Source of the DNA: an uncultured bacterium
GTDB taxonomy: Bacteria > Ratteibacteria > UBA8468 > B48-G9 > DTJG01
Direction of reading: 5' to 3'
Length of the DNA stretch: 64,000 nucleotides
Assembly: GCA_964532995.1 (NCBI GenBank)
Contig: CAZHJN010000001.1
Span: 23,173-87,172, forward strand
Within the stretch, counting starts at the first letter, position 1, and every line of letters starts with the position of its first letter. Below, piece by piece: positions 60,377 to 64,000 of the stretch. The translations under genes were made by a program, and so were the position numbers. A model generated the notes under the pieces. It searched no databases, was not told the DNA's origin, and was given only the letters and a program-made list of their open reading frames with translations.

Positions 60377-61338
60377 AAAGACTTATATGTAAACGGCTGC
60401 TGCAAATTATTCCGATGCTGATCGGGATGAGTTTTGTCTCATTTGTCATTATACAATCCTCTCCAGGAGACTACTTTGCCCAGATGAAGATGAATCCGGA
60501 GATATCACCGGAAACCATTGAAGCGATGAAAGTCAGTTTTGGACTCGACAGACCCTTTATTGTCCAGTATTTTTTCTGGCTTAAAAACATCTGTAAGTTT
60601 GATTTTGGGGTTTCATTTGCATACCACATGCCGGTGAGGACGTTGATAAAGTTTCGTTTGAAAAATACAATATGCCTTGCAATCTTTTCTCTTTTTCTAA
60701 GTTGGGTAATAGCCGTTCCTCTGGCAGTTCTCGCCGGATATAAAGAAGGAACATTCATTGATAAATTTTTCTCTACACTCGCTTATATTTCAATATCTCT
60801 TCCATCATTTTTTGTCGCCCTGCTTTTTGTATACTTTATAAGCAAAACAGGGGTATTGCCTCTTGGTGGCACCAGAAGCATTTTTGAAATGAATGCCTCT
60901 TCCTTTGTAATTTTCAAAGATTACATGAGGCATCTTCTTGTTCCGGGACTTGTGCTCTGTTTTGTAAATATCGGCGGATTATTCAGACTGATGAGAAACA
61001 ATTTTATTGAAACATTCCATACACCATATGTTCTTGCGGCATGGGCAAGAGGATTACCCACCTTTTCAGTGGTTTTTAAACATGCACTGAAAAATGCTCT
61101 TAATCCAATGTTCACAATTCTTGGAATGGAAATAGGGACTCTTCTCAATGGAGCAGCTCTGACAGAAATAATAAGCGGCTGGCCCGGAATGGGCAGTCTT
61201 ATCCTCGAAGCCGTTCTTTCACATGACCTTTACCTTGTTATGGGATCTCTTGTGATAAGCGGCTTTCTGTTGATTATTGGAAACCTTATAGGCGATATTC
61301 TGATAGCCTTTTTTGATCCAAGAATAAGACTGACATGA
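60373..61338 (+). CDS. ABC transporter permease (Opp/Dpp B-type)
   Basis: OppB-type topology (SFVSFVIIQSSPGDYFAQM). Confidence 0.88.
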   Translation: MKRLICKRLLQIIPMLIGMSFVSFVIIQSSPGDYFAQMKMNPEISPETIEAMKVSFGLDRPFIVQYFFWLKNICKFDFGVSFAYHMPVRTLIKFRLKNTICLAIFSLFLSWVIAVPLAVLAGYKEGTFIDKFFSTLAYISISLPSFFVALLFVYFISKTGVLPLGGTRSIFEMNASSFVIFKDYMRHLLVPGLVLCFVNIGGLFRLMRNNFIETFHTPYVLAAWARGLPTFSVVFKHALKNALNPMFTILGMEIGTLLNGAALTEIISGWPGMGSLILEAVLSHDLYLVMGSLVISGFLLIIGNLIGDILIAFFDPRIRLT

Positions 61339-62393
61339 AAAAATTTTTTCAGAGATTGAAGAATCACAGCAGGATTGCATATTTCAGTTTCTGGTTCCTG
61401 CTGCTCTTTTATTTTGTATCTTTTTTTGCGGATCTTCTCGCGCCTTATCATTTTGACCACCAGTTCAGAAATAAACCATATCATCCTCCAACAAAAATAC
61501 ATTTTGTGGACTCTGATGGAAATTTCCACATAAGACCATTTGTTTATAATTTCGTGATAGATGATCCGGTTTTCAGAACATATAAGGAGGATTATTCTTT
61601 AAGACACCCGTTGAAATTGTTTGTTAAAGGCGATGAAAGAAGAATTTTCTTTTTTTTCAAAACAAACAGGTATCTTTTCGGGGTTGACCAGCCTGCCGGG
61701 ATTTTTTTATTTGGAACAGACACATATGGAAGAGACATTTTTTCGAGAATTTTATACGGTGGCAGAATTTCTCTTTCAATCAGTTTGATAGGTGTATTAA
61801 TTTCATTCACTCTCGGTATGATTACAGGAGGAATAGCCGGATATTTCGGAGGAATCACAGATCAGATACTCATGAGATTTGTTGAAATTCTGATGGTCTT
61901 TCCCTCTTTTTATCTCATGCTTTCCCTGAGGGCAATGTTCCCATTGAACCTTTCAAGCATTCAGGTTTATCTGCTCATTGTTATGATTCTCAGTTTGATT
62001 GGCTGGGCTGGACTGGCAAGAATAATCAGGGGAATGGTTCTTTCTCTGAAGGAAGAGGACTATGTTCTTGCTGCAAAATCACTCGGACTTTCCAACTGGA
62101 GAATCCTGCTCTTTCATATATTCCCAAATACTTTTTCTTACACAATAACCGCTCTTACAATCAGTGTGCCGGGATACATTATCGGAGAAGCCGCGCTCAG
62201 CCTGCTTGGCCTTGGAATACAGGAACCTTATCCCAGCTGGGGCAATATTCTTTCGTCAACAATAGGAAACCTCAGGGTTATGGGAGATGCTCCATGGTTA
62301 TTGCTTGCAGGAATCTTCATATTTGTTGTTCTGATAAATTTCAATCTTCTGGGTGACGCTCTGAGAAATGTACTTGATCCAAAGAACTGGTAA
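61335..62393 (+). CDS. ABC transporter permease (Opp/Dpp C-type)
   Basis: OppC-type product with a long N-terminal periplasmic segment. Confidence 0.85.
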   Translation: MKKFFQRLKNHSRIAYFSFWFLLLFYFVSFFADLLAPYHFDHQFRNKPYHPPTKIHFVDSDGNFHIRPFVYNFVIDDPVFRTYKEDYSLRHPLKLFVKGDERRIFFFFKTNRYLFGVDQPAGIFLFGTDTYGRDIFSRILYGGRISLSISLIGVLISFTLGMITGGIAGYFGGITDQILMRFVEILMVFPSFYLMLSLRAMFPLNLSSIQVYLLIVMILSLIGWAGLARIIRGMVLSLKEEDYVLAAKSLGLSNWRILLFHIFPNTFSYTITALTISVPGYIIGEAALSLLGLGIQEPYPSWGNILSSTIGNLRVMGDAPWLLLAGIFIFVVLINFNLLGDALRNVLDPKNW

Positions 62394-63324
62394 TATGGAA
62401 AAAACCCTTGAAATCAAGAATCTGTCGGTTGTGAGGACCGAAAAAAAACAATCAACACTTATACTTACTGATGTTGGTTTCTCTATCTATAAAGGAGAAC
62501 TCTTCTGCCTGGTCGGCGAATCCGGATCAGGGAAAACAACCCTCGCACTTTCTATCATGAGACTGTTACCGAAGAGTTTCAGGATAATATCTGGAGAAAT
62601 TCGTGTAAACGGAACACATGTACTTGAAATAAGCGAGCACTTGATGAGAAGTGTACGCGGGGAAAAAATAAGCATTGTTTTTCAGGATCCAGGAGCATAT
62701 CTTGACCCATTGTTTACAGTTGGTGTACATCTCAGGGAAGCCGCCCGCGGAAAAACTGATAATCAGCAGGAATTAATATCACTCGCTCTGAAAGAAGTTG
62801 GACTGGAACCTGAAATACAATCAGCATATCCTCATCAGTTAAGCGGCGGGCAGCAACAGAGAGTTATGATTGCTATGGCTTTAATAAACAAACCTCAACT
62901 CATTATCGCAGACGAACCGACCACAGCACTTGACATTCTTACAACACGGCAGATTATCAACCTGTTGAACGAAATAAGATTGAAACATCATCCCGGCATG
63001 CTTTTTATCACCCATGATCTGAAACTTGCGGCAAGTATCGGGATGCGCATAGGAATTATGTATCGCGGTCATATTGTTGAAATATTCAGACCGGGTAAAG
63101 AAAAACCCAATCACCCCTATGCGAATATTCTCATGGGAACCATTGAGGGAAAAGACATAAAATGGGATCTGGATACTGATATTTTTGAGTTCAACAGGCA
63201 GGAAATTGTTGGAATATGTCCTTTTTTTGAAAGATGTCCTGAAAAGGGGCAAGTGTGTAAAAGGAACATTCCTTTTTTGTGGCGAGACGGTCAAACAGGA
63301 ATCAGGTGCATAAAATATGAATGA
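62368..63324 (+). CDS. ABC transporter ATP-binding protein (Opp/Dpp D-type)
   Basis: Walker [10 protein letters not shown] and signature LSGGQQQR. Confidence 0.9.
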   Translation: MYLIQRTGNMEKTLEIKNLSVVRTEKKQSTLILTDVGFSIYKGELFCLVGESGSGKTTLALSIMRLLPKSFRIISGEIRVNGTHVLEISEHLMRSVRGEKISIVFQDPGAYLDPLFTVGVHLREAARGKTDNQQELISLALKEVGLEPEIQSAYPHQLSGGQQQRVMIAMALINKPQLIIADEPTTALDILTTRQIINLLNEIRLKHHPGMLFITHDLKLAASIGMRIGIMYRGHIVEIFRPGKEKPNHPYANILMGTIEGKDIKWDLDTDIFEFNRQEIVGICPFFERCPEKGQVCKRNIPFLWRDGQTGIRCIKYE

Positions 63325-64000
63325 AATACTCAGGTGCGAAAAAATCAGTAAAGTCTTCACTGTTAAGGACTTCCTCGGAATCAACAGGAGAAAGGTTACA
63401 GCAATAAATAATGTGACAATAACAGTGTGCAGAGGTGATAGTTTTGGTATTGTGGGAGAGTCTGGATCTGGAAAAACAACACTTGCAAAAATACTAACAC
63501 TTCTGGTCAAACCAGATACAGGTTCTATTTATTACAATGGTATCAATATAACGCACCTATCTGATTCCAGATTGAGTTTTTTCAGAAAAAATGTCAGAAT
63601 CATATTCCAGAATCCGTATAAATCACTTAATCCTCGCTCATCGGTTGAAAGAACAATAAAAGAAGCAATACCCTCAAACGAACGCAGTGAAGAAAAGGTG
63701 GAAGAAATCCTTGTAAAGGTTGGCCTACCTCCTGATTATAAAAATAAATATCCACATCAGATGAGTGGTGGTGAAAGACAGAGAATTGCAATAGCACGGG
63801 CTCTTGCCGGAAATCCAGAGTGTATAGTGGCGGATGAACCCACGGGTAATCTTGATGCAACAACAGAAATCCACATTTTGAAACTTCTCGACAATCTCAA
63901 GAAAAAATTAGGCCTCACCTTTGTGTTCATTTCTCATAATCTTGTAATCGTTGGGAGCTTCTGTAATAGAATTGCGGTGATGTATCGAGGAAACATAGTA
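63317..64000 (+). CDS. ABC transporter ATP-binding protein (Opp/Dpp F-type), 3' end beyond window
   Basis: [14 protein letters not shown]...[12 protein letters not shown]...MSGGERQR. It is not in the ORF track because it lacks a stop in the window. Confidence 0.85.
   Translation, partial: MNEILRCEKISKVFTVKDFLGINRRKVTAINNVTITVCRGDSFGIVGESGSGKTTLAKILTLLVKPDTGSIYYNGINITHLSDSRLSFFRKNVRIIFQNPYKSLNPRSSVERTIKEAIPSNERSEEKVEEILVKVGLPPDYKNKYPHQMSGGERQRIAIARALAGNPECIVADEPTGNLDATTEIHILKLLDNLKKKLGLTFVFISHNLVIVGSFCNRIAVMYRGNIV

Overview
This AT-rich bacterial chromosomal window is dominated by the core translation and transcription locus. About 53 kb, roughly 60 genes, is encoded on the minus strand. Orientation then switches at a divergent tRNA-Val / promoter region near 53.0 kb, and the remainder is on the plus strand.

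Gene content, read in the minus-strand transcription direction:
- Sugar and cell-envelope block: hisI and secD-secF-rsmD-coaD-rpmF; an FGGY kinase, an AraA-like isomerase, a giant NagB-like protein and a CBM9-like secreted protein; coaB, prfB, obg, ubiB, purM and dnaK.
- Fatty-acid synthesis operon: plsX-fabH-fabD-fabG-acpP-fabF, ending in an acyl-CoA-dehydrogenase-family gene and rluD.
- Envelope glycolipid operon: a GT9 heptosyltransferase-like gene, an ArnC-like GT2 gene, and an ArnT-like GT-C gene fused to a PAP2 phosphatase domain.
- tRNA-Gly, tRNA-Thr and a second tuf, then secE-nusG-rplKAJL.
- A single 2641-aa ORF fusing RNA polymerase beta (rpoB) and beta' (rpoC), followed by rpsL-rpsG-fusA-tuf and the complete S10/spc ribosomal-protein cluster, from rpsJ to rpsH (truncated at the window start).
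- Plus-strand tail: a B12-binding corrinoid protein behind a consensus sigma70 promoter, plsY, gpsA, a MerR regulator, purN, a GNAT protein, a beta-helix/membrane protein, argG, thiL, tsaE and an Opp/Dpp-type ABC transporter (the last gene is cut by the window end).

No CRISPR array, mobile element or recognisable defence system was seen.

The most notable items are:
- the in-frame rpoB-rpoC fusion;
- two nucleotide-identical tuf copies forming 1.24-kb direct repeats 15 kb apart, whose EF-Tu carries a Cys4 insertion;
- the GT-C/PAP2 fusion within a three-glycosyltransferase operon;
- an ACAD-family gene translationally coupled to the FAS-II operon, which lacks fabZ and fabI here;
- a highly expressed orphan corrinoid protein;
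- an oversized 781-aa NagB-like protein.

I do not recognise the exact organism. Envelope genes (GT9 heptosyltransferase, ArnC/ArnT-like) indicate a diderm, LPS-type bacterium, probably from a poorly characterised lineage.
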